DNA of 64,000 nucleotides from Octopus bimaculoides (lineage: Eukaryota). The position numbers and the translations under genes are program-made. Location of the stretch: NCBI RefSeq assembly GCF_001194135.2, contig NC_068983.1:32613417-32677416 (forward strand), read 5' to 3'. Of the stretch, positions 23,216 through 33,800 are shown one piece after another (position 1 is the stretch's first letter; each line of letters opens with the position of its first letter). The notes beneath the pieces are model-generated. The model searched no databases. It saw only the letters and a program-made list of their open reading frames with translations, and was not told the DNA's origin.

Positions 23216-24072
23216 TAGTTTTATTTTTATAACGTGCTTTCACTTCACTACCGAGCGCAGCTCTGTGCGCCTTGGGTATGTGCTGTGGTTTGCTGTGGTG
23301 CTCTTATGTTTACTGTATTGAAAGTGTTTTGCGTAGAATGTGTGCAGTACCCAGTAGTGCAATTTTCTGTATGTTATATATATTTGTAAGTCCTGGTGTT
23401 TTTGTTATGTATTTGTCTGAATATTTTTTTATTATACCTAAGGCACCTACTATGATAGGAATTGTTTCTGTTTTTAGATTCCACATTCGAGTTATCTCTA
23501 TTTCCAGGTCTNNNNNNNNNNNNNNNNNNNNNNNNNNNNNNNNNNNNNNNNNNNNNNNNNNNNNNNNNNNNNNNNNNNNNNNNNNNNNNNNNNNNNNNNN
23601 NNNNNNNNNNNNNNNNNNNNNNNNNNNNNNNNNNNNNNNNNNNNNNNNNNNNNNNNNNNNNNNNNNNNNNNNNNNNNNNNNNNNNNNNNNNNNNNNNNNN
23701 NNNNNNNNNNNNNNNNNNNNNNNNNNNNNNNNNNNNNNNNNNNNNNNNNNNNNNNNNNNNNNNNNNNNNNNNNNNNNNNNNNNNNNNNNNNNNNNNNNNN
23801 NNNNNNNNNNNNNNNNNNNNNNNNNNNNNNNNNNNNNNNNNNNNNNNNNNNNCAGTTACTTGTTATATTTCTTTTCATTATGTGTTTTTGGTAATTTCTG
23901 GTGGGGAGGCTCTGGTCTTGTGCAGCAATTAAAAATCCTTCAGTCTCTGCTTTGAGTCCTGAGCTTCTCAGCCATTGCTGGGATTTTTCTCTGTCTATTT
24001 CTTTCGCATTTAGTTTAGCCCAGTATTTACCATGTAGGGGCTTTTCTTGCCATCGTTTTATCATGGTCCGTC
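23213..24072 (-). mobile_element. 5'-truncated R4/Dong-type RLE LINE inserted in the (AAT)n of the PLE module
   Basis: MIKRWQEKPLHGKYW..QWLRSSGLKAETEGFLIAAQDQSLPTRNY. After the gap comes the RLE C-terminus (..IVGALGIIKKY..IQKIALLGTAHILRKTLSIQ*), then a 3' UTR ending in (AAT)n. Confidence 0.88.
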
Positions 24073-24304
24073 GCTGTTCTAGTTTTAGTTTGGATTTCCG
24101 TTGCTGTTCTAGTTTTAGTTTGGATTTCTGCTGTTCTAGTTTTAGTTTGGATTTCTTATTGTTCTAGTTTTAGTTTGGTTTTCTGCTGTTCTAGTTTTAG
24201 TTTGGATTTCTTATTGTTCTAGTTTTAGTTTGGATTTCTGCTGTTCTAGTTTTAGTTTGGATTTCTTACTTCTAGTTTTAGTTTGGATTTCGTTCTAGTT
24301 TTAG

Positions 24305-24307
<3 letters not shown>
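24073..24307. repeat. Tandem array of a 24-30-bp unit (core TTCTAGTTTTAGTTTGGATTTC), 8 full copies plus 1 partial
   Basis: Directly visible. The innermost unit is in frame with the LINE ORF (KSKLKLEQRRTMIKRW). Confidence 0.92.
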
Positions 24308-24355
<48 letters not shown>

Positions 24356-24960
24356 CTTTGGGTTAGTAGCCCGCGCTCTTAACCACTACGCCGTATGCCC
24401 GTGGGCAATTTTGGAGTGAATTTTAGGGCTTATAAATCTAATATTCTCCTATTCTTCCTTAATACTGGTTCCCATATGCTGTTCATATCTGCACTCGGTC
24501 TGCTTAGGAGGTTGTTGTGCCCTAGCATATGTGCTGCTTCTTTTAGTTCTCGTATTTTCTAGTGATGTTCTCTGTCTATTATTTTAACTTCATCCCACAG
24601 GGGGAGGTGGTCTCCATTTTAGCATACATGATCGGTTATACCCGATTTATCAATATCTCCCCGTGCCACAGCTTAGCGATGTTCCTCTACCCTTATTTTG
24701 AGGGGGCGACATGTTTCGCCTTTGTATAACCTACCACAGCTGCATGGGCTGGAGTACACACAGTTCTTAGTCATATTCTCTTCTATTGGTGGTTTTACTC
24801 GAAGGAGACATTTGCGAAGTGTTGTATTACTTTTGAATACTGTCCTGATGTCATATGGGCCGCATATCTTTTGTATCTTTTTGGAGAGGCCTTTCACATA
24901 GGGTAGACAGACTGTGTGGACAGTTTATCAGTTTCATCCACTCTTTTCTTCATAATTGGA
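24306..24960 (-). mobile_element. 5'-truncated PLE: GIY-YIG C-terminus followed by a tRNA-like head and (AAT)n
   Basis: (LPYV)KGLSKKIQKICGPYDIRTVFKS..NCVYSSPCSCGRLYKGETCRPLKIRVEEHR..SGITDHV..WDEVKIIDREHH*KIRELKEAAH..; about 25 nt after the ORF stop comes TGCCCACGGGCATACGGCGTAGTGGTTAAGAGCGCGGGCTACTAACCC. The B-box part is deleted in this copy. Confidence 0.88.
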
Positions 24961-24979
24961 GTGAAGAGTATGCTTTTGA

Positions 24980-25078
24980 ACCTGAAGGCTGGAGGGTATA
25001 TCAGCCGAAACGTTGTGTTAACAACAAACAAGATGAGGACAAATATCTCTCAATTGTAAATAATGTAAATAATGTACG
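24980..25078 (+). mobile_element. Inverted partial pLTR (hammerhead 3' half and tail) at the 5' truncation point of the PLE
   Basis: TGAAGGCTGGAGGGTATATCAGCCGAAACGTTGTG..TGTAAATAATGTAAATAATGTAC matches 21856-21950, in opposite orientation to the PLE ORF. Confidence 0.85.
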
Positions 25079-25159
25079 AAATACCGCTAAGCATTTCGCC
25101 CGACGTGCTAACGATTCTGCTAGCTCGCCGCTTTTAATAATGATTCCACATTTTTCCAC

Positions 25160-25352
25160 AAGAGCAGCAATTTTGAGGGAGAGGATCAGTCGATTACATC
25201 GTCCTCAATATTCAACTGGTACTTAATTTATCGACCCCGAAAGGATGAAAGGTAAAGTCGACCTCGGCGGATTTGAACTCTGAACGTAGCAACAGATGAA
25301 ATACCGCTAAACGATTTTGTCCGGTGCATTAAGATTCTGCCAGCTCTCCGCC
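25160..25352 (-). mobile_element. SINE family A
   Basis: Reverse family A core GGTACTTAATTTATCGACCCCGAAAGGATGAAAGGTAAAGTCGACCTCGGCGG. Confidence 0.85.
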
Positions 25353-25354
25353 TG

Positions 25355-25417
25355 AATAATAATAATAATAATAATAATGATGATGATGATGACGACGACG
25401 ACGACGACGACGACGAC

Positions 25418-25461
<44 letters not shown>

Positions 25462-25505
25462 GATGAAGAAGAAGAAGAAGAAGAAGAAGAAGAAGAAGAA
25501 GAAGA
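25355..25505. repeat. Compound triplet microsatellite (AAT)n(GAT)n(GAC)n(GAT)n(GAA)n
   Basis: Directly visible. Confidence 0.95.
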
Positions 25506-25506
25506 T

Positions 25507-27159
25507 TCAGTGATGATATCGAGATAGAGTTTGGCCTTGAAAAGTGTGCCAAAGCCACTTTTAAGAAAGGGAAACTGGTAAAATCAAGTTCAATAGAATT
25601 AGATGTCGAAAGAGTAATAAAGGAACTTGAGCAGGAAAAAAACCTATAAAACCTAGGAATAAATGAAAGCTCTGGTATCCAGCATGCAAGCATGAAAGAG
25701 AAGTTTAGGAAAGAATGTTATAGAAGAGTTCGAGCAGTTCTCAAGTCTCAGCTGAATGCATATAATAAGGCGTTAGCTATAGATTCCTTAGCAGTCCCAG
25801 TTGTTCTTTATAGCTTCAATGTGCTTAACTGGAGTATCAGTGAAATAATGAAAATTGATAGAAAGATCCGCAAGCTTCCGACTTGCACCATCCATACTGA
25901 TGCGCTATCCAAAGGCAGACGTGGATCGACTTTACCTTCCCAGAGCTCAGGGAGGTCGAGGCTTGATCCAGCTTGAACTTACGTACAAAACCACCACAAT
26001 CGGACTGGCCAAATACCTTGAAACAACCAACGATTGGATGCTAAAACGTGTTGAAAAACATGAAAGACCGAAAAAACTTCAGTCTATTCTGAAAGAGAGT
26101 AAAAAATTCGCTACTGATCTCTTAGATACCTACCAGATTGATCAGGTTGAAGAAAATGTGCCAACTGCTGCTGAAAAGAAAATAAACTTAATTGCAAAGA
26201 CAAAAGCACATGAAATATTAGCTAGCAGATGAGAACAGGAACCTCTGCATGGCAAGTATGTAGCCCGTAGCAAACAAGTTGATGTCGACCAGAAACACAT
26301 GCATCAATGGTTACGAAGCTCAGGGCTAAAAGCAGAGAGTGAATGTTTCATATTAGCTGCTTAAGAGCAAAACTTATTAACCCATAACTACCAAGCCAAT
26401 GTGATAAAAAATGGAGCTGACCCAAAATGCCGATTCTGTAACGATGCGATTGAAACTATAGACCACCTAATCTCAGGGTGTAGAGTCTTAGCACCTGTAG
26501 AATATAAAGCAAGACATGACAGAGTTGGCCAGTATTTACACTGGACAATATGTCGGCATTATAAAATCAAAACCGCTGACAAATGGTATAAACACCATCC
26601 TGAAGCTGTGACTGAGGGAGAAAATGTATCGATTCTCTGGGACTTCCCCGTACATACCGATAAGGCTGTAAAAGCTAATAAATCGGATATTATTATAAAA
26701 GATCAGACAAAGAAGATGTGTTTATTAATTGACATGAGTATTCCTTGCGATCACGATATAGCGGCGAAAGAATTTGACAAGATCAGTAAATATAAAAATT
26801 TGCTAATAGAAATTGAAAAAAATGTGACATCTCAAGGCGACTTCCATACCAGTGATTGTAGGATCTTTAGGAATGATAAAAAAGTACTGAAACCTATTTG
26901 AAAATGATACCAGGCCTACCATCCCTACAGGAAGTGCAATAAAATCGTGTTAACTGGAAGGACTCATGTACTGAGAAGAGCATTATCGCTGTGAAAACAA
27001 CATCCATTCATGAATTTATTTATTTATTAAATTTTTTTTACATACATATTTTACCTGTGAATTTGCGTGTGTAAACTGGGAATGCATACAATGAGCTTCT
27101 CTGCCCTAGGTGTACGGAAAACACTCGGCGAGAAATGGAAGAAAATTTGAAGAAGAAAA

Positions 27160-27160
<1 letters not shown>
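25507..27160 (+). mobile_element. R4/Dong-type RLE LINE, 3' ~1.65 kb (RT C-terminus, CCHC, restriction-like endonuclease, 3' UTR), decayed
   Basis: FSDDIEIEFGLEKCAK..KECYRRVRAVLKSQLN..AVPVVLYSF; KADVDRLYLPRAQGGRGL; CRFCNDAIETIDHLISGC (CCHC); ILWDFPVHTDK..KSDIIIKD..LLIDMSIP..K..KY (PD-(D/E)xK RLE). It ends in (AAC)n(AAT)n. Confidence 0.92.
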
Positions 27161-27305
<145 letters not shown>

Positions 27306-27314
27306 CTTTTCTAC

Positions 27315-27490
27315 GATAGGCACAAGGCTTGAAATTTTTGTATGGAGGGGAATAGTCGATTACATCGACCCTAGTGTATAACTGGTACTTATTTCATCAA
27401 CCCCAACAGGATGAAAGGCAAAGTCGACCTCAGCAGAATTTGAACTCAGAACGTAGCGGCAAATGAAATACTGCTAAGCATTTCGCTCGG
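27315..27490 (-). mobile_element. SINE family A
   Basis: Reverse family A core and tail. Confidence 0.8.
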
Positions 27491-27876
27491 CAGAGAAAAA
27501 AAAATAATGATGATGATGATGATGATGATGATGATTATATTTTTCTCGACAAACACCAATTGTATTTGTTTACGATTCCTTTTCAATAATAAAAATATTT
27601 CATTTCCATTCCGATTGGTGACGATTATTTTATGACATTGCTTTATTTGTTCCGCGTGATATCATATATCATATGCCTCCTATCGCATTTAGATACAAAA
27701 ATGTTTAGAAGAAATCAATATCATATTTGAAGCAAAAACGAAACAAATATCGATTAACATTTCTGTATATTAGGATGAAATTATTATACATGAATAAATA
27801 AATACATAAATACATACACACACATACACACTTATGTCTCTCTGTGTGTGTGTATGTATGTGTATGCGTGTGTGTA

Positions 27877-27943
<67 letters not shown>

Positions 27944-28853
27944 GCATATATATTTCTGTCACNNNNNNNNNNNNNNNNNNNNNNNNNNNNNNNNNNNNNN
28001 NNNNNNNNNNNNNNNNNNNNNNNNNNNNNNNNNNNNNNNNNNNNNNNNNNNNNNNNNNNNNNNNNNNNNNNNNNNNNNNNNNNNNNNNNNNNNNNNNNNN
28101 NNNNNNNNNNNNNNNNNNNNNNNNNNNNNNNNNNNNNNNNNNNNNNNNNNNNNNNNNNNNNNNNNNNNNNNNNNNNNNNNNNNNNNNNNNNNNNNNNNNN
28201 NNNNNNNNNNNNNNNNNNNNNNNNNNNNNNNNNNNNNNNNNNNNNNNNNNNNNNNNNNNNNNNNNNNNNNNNNNNNNNNNNNNNNNNNNNNNNNNNNNNN
28301 NNNNNNNNNNNNNNNNNNNNNNNNNNNNNNNNNNNNNNNNNNNNNNNNNNNNNNNNNNNNNNNNNNNNNNNNNNNNNNNNNNNNNNNNNNNNNNNNNNNN
28401 NNNNNNNNNNNNNNNNNNNNNNNNNNNNNNNNNNNNNNNNNNNNNNNNNNNNNNNNNNNNNNNNNNNNNNNNNNNNNNNNNNNNNNNNNNNNNNNNNNNN
28501 NNNNNNNNNNNNNNNNNNNNNNNNNNNNNNNNNNNNNNNNNNNNNNNNNNNNNNNNNNNNNNNNNNNNNNNNNNNNNNNNNNNNNNNNNNNNNNNNNNNN
28601 NNNNNNNNNNNNNNNNNNNNNNNNNNNNNNNNNNNNNNNNNNNNNNNNNNNNNNNNNNNNNNNNNNNNNNNNNNNNNNNNNNNNNNNNNNNNNNNNNNNN
28701 NNNNNNNNNNNNNNNNNNNNNNNNNNNNNNNNNNNNNNNNCCTCAGGAATGGTTTACATCAGAATAAATTACGAAAAAAACGCACAAATAACGATCATAA
28801 TAAGGTCCGCCATATTTAGTTCATGTTATAGGTTATGTAAGTCCCAATATAGG

Positions 28854-28974
<121 letters not shown>

Positions 28975-29039
28975 TTGTTGTTCGGAGCTCAGATATTACT
29001 GAATATATCTTTCATGCATACATTAAATCTTTATTATTA

Positions 29040-29480
29040 GGATTATGTCTATGGTGGTGCACTGGGTGAATTGTTAGTGTGTTAAACAAAACGCTTTGGA
29101 GTTCTTTTCGGCGTTTTAAACTCAGAGTTGGAATTCCAACGAGATTAACTCTGTCTTTTATCCTTTCGTGGTCGATATAGATACTAGTTGAGTACTATGG
29201 TCAATATAATCGACTAAATCCTACCCGCTATATTTACTGGTCATGTGTCAAAATTTTAGATCATAATTATTATCAAGACTAAGGTGAATGTGGTGAGCTG
29301 GTAGAATCATTACCATACCGGACAAAATGCTTAACGGTGTTTATTCTGGCTCTTTACTTTCTAAGTTCAAATGTCGCCGAAGTCGACATTCCCTTCATCA
29401 TTTCGGAATTTGAGCACCGCAGTCAATGTAATCGCCTTCTTCCTCCTCTAAAAACTGATGGCCTTGTGCCAAAATTGGTT
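29040..29480 (+). mobile_element. Two tandem SINE family A copies (29040-29270, 29290-29480)
   Basis: Each has a GGTG(C/A)..CTGG..GAAT head, GTTCAAAT-like B box and (CCTT)GTG(C/T)CAAAAT tail. Confidence 0.7.
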
Positions 29481-30328
29481 GTGCTTTGGCAATTATAAAT
29501 ATTGATTTGTCAGTATTTCTTCATTGATGATTACAATGAGATATTGAAAAAGTTCCAGTGACAAATGCACAAAATCAAATCTGCATACAACCATAAATGT
29601 AGTCGCCGTTTGTCATCTACTGAAATAAGATGTCTTTGCAGTTGAGTATATCTACGCCGAAATATTACCCAATTATTTCTAAAAAAAAGTAAATAAATAA
29701 AATAAACCTCATAGCTCCTAATAACTGCCTCAAATGCAGCTGGCACCTTAAGGATGATAAAATTAACAATTATAAAACAGGTTGGAATTTCCATACTTTA
29801 ATTACTCTAGATGGTCTGGAATCTTTCTCACGCTCTCTAGAAGTCTACATTCTATTCCAGAGATTTACAGTTTTGAACAAAAAGTCAGAATTTTGCTTTT
29901 GAAGACAGTCGTATCGAAATATATTGCAAACTTTCCAAATGCTGATTGACTAGAATCGATTACATCCGATACAATACATTTTCTATGTCCAGAAAGATCG
30001 TAACATGCAAAAATCTTTCAGTTATTCATCAACACTAAAACTACTTTAAAAGCCACCTTCTTGCGTTTGTGATACTTAATTCATAAATATACTGCATGCA
30101 CAAAGTGTTTTTGCCAGTGAGAACATTAATATTCCATGTGTATAGCAATTGATTAGACGAATGTTTTTGTGCTTGGTTATCACAATATCAGTGGCTAGAA
30201 ATACTTTCCGTCTAGGTACGAATATTTTTGACTACATATATTGTTCGCTGCTTTTTAACTTCAACCATGTGACTAATCCATTTGGAGAAGAAAGTTCAGC
30301 GTAAGATTCACGAAGTTTCAGATTCTTA

Positions 30329-30388
<60 letters not shown>

Positions 30389-30680
30389 NNNNNNNNNNNN
30401 NNNNNNNNNNNNNNNNNNNNNNNNNNNNNNNNNNNNNNNNNNNNNNNNNNNNNNNNNNNNNNNNNNNNNNNNNNNNNNNNNNNNNNNNNNNNNNNNNNNN
30501 NNNNNNNNNNNNNNNNNNNNNNNNNNNNNNNNNNNNNNNNNNNNNNNNNNNNNNNNNNNNNNNNNNNNNNNNNNNNNNNNNNNNNNNNNNNNNNNNNNNN
30601 NNNNNNNNNNNNNNNNNNNNNNNNNNNNNNNNNNNNNNNNNNNNNNNNNNNNNNNNNNNNNNNNNNNNNNNNNNNNNNNN

Positions 30681-30713
<33 letters not shown>

Positions 30714-30789
30714 ATATATAAAGAAATGTATACATATATTCATTTACTCAGTTCATTGAAGCTACACGTGTGCCGTTGGCGTTTTCCTT

Positions 30790-30950
30790 TCTTTCCTTGG
30801 ACTTTTCTCTTTCACCTTTCCAACGAAGAGCTATGCTTGAAACGTCAAATTCTCTCTTTTCACCGAGCGTCAAGCTAATACATTTCCTGTGAATGTACTC
30901 CTGTTCGTTTTTATTCGTTTTCCCGCATAAATGGACAAAACTGAAAAAAA
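30790..30950 (+). mobile_element. Short hammerhead-bearing repeat (same family as 17575-17930), decayed core
   Basis: CCAACGA-A-GAGC-TAT-GCTT-GAAA-CGTC followed by ..CCGAGCGTCAAGCTAATAC. Confidence 0.55.
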
Positions 30951-32239
30951 ACACAAAAAAAAAAACGGTGGCTTACATGGGTTTTTCTCTAATTCGTTGT
31001 ACGTACGTAATTTTTTGTATGTAGGGTTTACCATAAATTGAAAATCTATATTGTCGTATATTGGCGTCAGAGAATATTTTTTAGTGGTTTTCCCATTTTT
31101 TGATTTATTATTTGCTTATATTTTGTAATTATGTACTATCATTTGGTTAGAGAATATAAAAGTGAAAAGATTTTGTCTATTTATTTATTTCGACTGTCCA
31201 CCTGCGACGGTTATTAAATTGACTAGGAACAGTGTACGCGATAAATATCCAATACCAAACAATCTTAGTCTCCATATCTAAATTGAAATAAACTATGGCA
31301 AGCTTATCTTTACCTGTTCTGAGTTACTTGAAAGGTGATTTTTTCCTTCACTCTCTTCAATTCGTTGATAATTTTGTTCACCTACCAATGCGTTGTTTCA
31401 CTTTAAGGATGCTTATTTACCAATCCATTATGATATTTCGATCTTTTCATTGCGAACTGCTAAAGATTCAAAGTAGTATTCATGAACTGAAGTTAAACTC
31501 TTCATGTTTTTATTTTTCGTTACATGAAGTCAATTTTAGAGTCGTCGTACACTGTAAACACGTAGCAAATACATTCCTTTAGTTCTGCTTTTTCAAGTAG
31601 GTATTATATTGCTATTTTTTAACATACCAAACACACTTCTCTTCGAAAAATAGCTCCCTTTACTGTTGAATAAAATAAACTCGCAGAGAGGAAGTTTCAA
31701 CGTCTCCCTTCAATTTCCTTATACGATTTATGTGGCTGTTTCTCTTAAGAAATTTCGCTTTCATATAAAACAACTATATTTTGTACTCATTAGTCATGGT
31801 AATTCTTTCGGTAGCTGATAAAAAAGTGGAAATTTATCCCGCGCCAGACACCAACTTGGTATTTCAGTTCCGCTACTGGTTTTTGTTATTAGATTTCCTT
31901 CTCCTAAGCAGGCTGCCTTCACCTCAGCTCAGGGAGTCCTGCTTATCCCATTCCAGCTATGCAGGCATAGACGTTACGCCATGTGGGGTGTACCCTGACA
32001 TACTCCAATCACAGATAGAAAGATGAAGATAAAATAGAGATAAGAGAATAAAATAAATTCGGGGATGTAGAAGTACATGTAGAAGTATATAAAAAAATTT
32101 ATACAATATATAAAACACGACACTCACAAAAACACGCATACAAAAAACACACACGATACGCACACACGCACACACGCACACACACACACACACGCACACA
32201 CGCACACACGCACACACACAAACTTTCACACACGTGTCA

Positions 32240-32590
32240 CAATCAAATATTGTTGAATTGGCCGTTGACTACACAGTAGTTCTTCCGCCTTTTGACGGGC
32301 CTTATGTTTCGTCCCGCAGTGTGTCTAACGTCACCCTCCTCACCAAGCAAGCTTGATAGGGTTGCCAGTTTAGTTGCCGACGACCCGACCACGTGACAGG
32401 TTGTACTGGGTTACATGTTACCAGTAGCGCTAAAGACTATGTTTTACGCATTTCCCTAGACAATATGGAAGAAAATGGACTCCTTTTGAAACCCCGCCAG
32501 AGCAGTCGACATCATGCACAATATTTAACTGACGATCTTGCCTTGATATCCCATTGCATTAAAGATGAAGAATCTTTGTTTTCCTGTGTG
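32240..32590 (+). mobile_element. RTE-clade LINE remnant (UTR-like segment joined to an RT fragment)
   Basis: DYVLRISLDNMEENGLLLKPRQSSRHHAQYLTD-DLALISHCIKD resembles the RTE RT around (LDYA)DD, with the motif partly deleted. Confidence 0.6.
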
Positions 32591-33639
32591 CTAATGCATA
32601 CAAAGATTAAGGTAGGAAAGATGGATCCTATAATCTTTCTACTACCAAAAGCAATAAACAAACGTCTAGAGCAACACAAATAAGACACACACAGCTCAAT
32701 CTACAACTAATGGAAAATCTTAACAGTAGCTAATATACCCATGTAATTGCTTATTGATTCTTTTATGGTTAGCTTTTGTTAAATATGAACTCAGTCAATG
32801 ACTTGTTCTCTGTAGCCAGATTATGTTTTTAGGACAAATGAAATTAATATGCATATAGATATATACATGCATGCATGCATACATACATGCATACATACAT
32901 ACATACATACATACATACATTTATGCATTCATACACACATATACACACACGACCACGTATACGAGCGATTGTGCTTTCGTGTTTCTGTTGATTAGAGTGC
33001 AACTGACATGTATGTGTATTAATGTATGTACATAGATACATGTATGTGTCCATATGCTTTATTTGAAAGCATATGGACACATAAATATAACATTAACAAT
33101 CACCAGAAAACATAATAGTAACTATATATGTATATATGTCAGTGAACATGTCGCGGTTTCAAAGCGACGAAAATATTTTGACACAAATAAAATTTTAATG
33201 TTTAGGTGAAACTAACGGTTTTTTCGTGATCTTGAATGGCCTACAAACATCTTCCATGCTGCAATTATTTTTGTTTCAGCACACGATCCCAGATCAAGTC
33301 ACTTGATATGCAAGTACATCTTCGTAATATATATAGTATATAAAGATGAATATGGTCACAGACGTAAGTGCAGAGAATGACAGCACCAGTAGAGCGACAG
33401 AGAAAAGACATTTCAGAATTTAGTTACATCCTTTAATAATTTCACCGAGATCGATCTTATTTTCATTCTTTAATGGTTCATAAAGTAATTATCAATTATC
33501 CACCAGACTCGTTTGTATCGGCCACACAAATTTGTCAATGCTTCCTTGAAATTTTGATGGTTATACTTGGGTTCAAAACATCGACACAAGATCTCACACA
33601 TAGGCTAGAAAAACAGTTGATAACATTGGTTTCAAATTT

Positions 33640-33800
33640 TAGCACGAGGCCAGACACTTAGAGGAAGGGGCTAAATCGATTATATTAACCCAGTGCTCAA
33701 CTGGCACTTGCTTTATCCTACCAGAAAGAATGAAATGCAAAGTCAACTTCGGCATAAATTGAACACGGAACGTAAAAACGGACGAAATGCCACTACTCTG
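33640..33800 (-). mobile_element. SINE family A, degenerate
   Basis: CCCAGTGCTCAACTGGCACTTG..GAATGAAATGCAAAGTCAACTTCGGC matches the reverse family A core. Confidence 0.7.

Noticed and set aside
24073-24307. CRISPR-like array
   Set aside because: The units are directly adjacent with no unique spacers, there are no cas genes, the context is eukaryotic, and the unit derives from the neighbouring LINE ORF.
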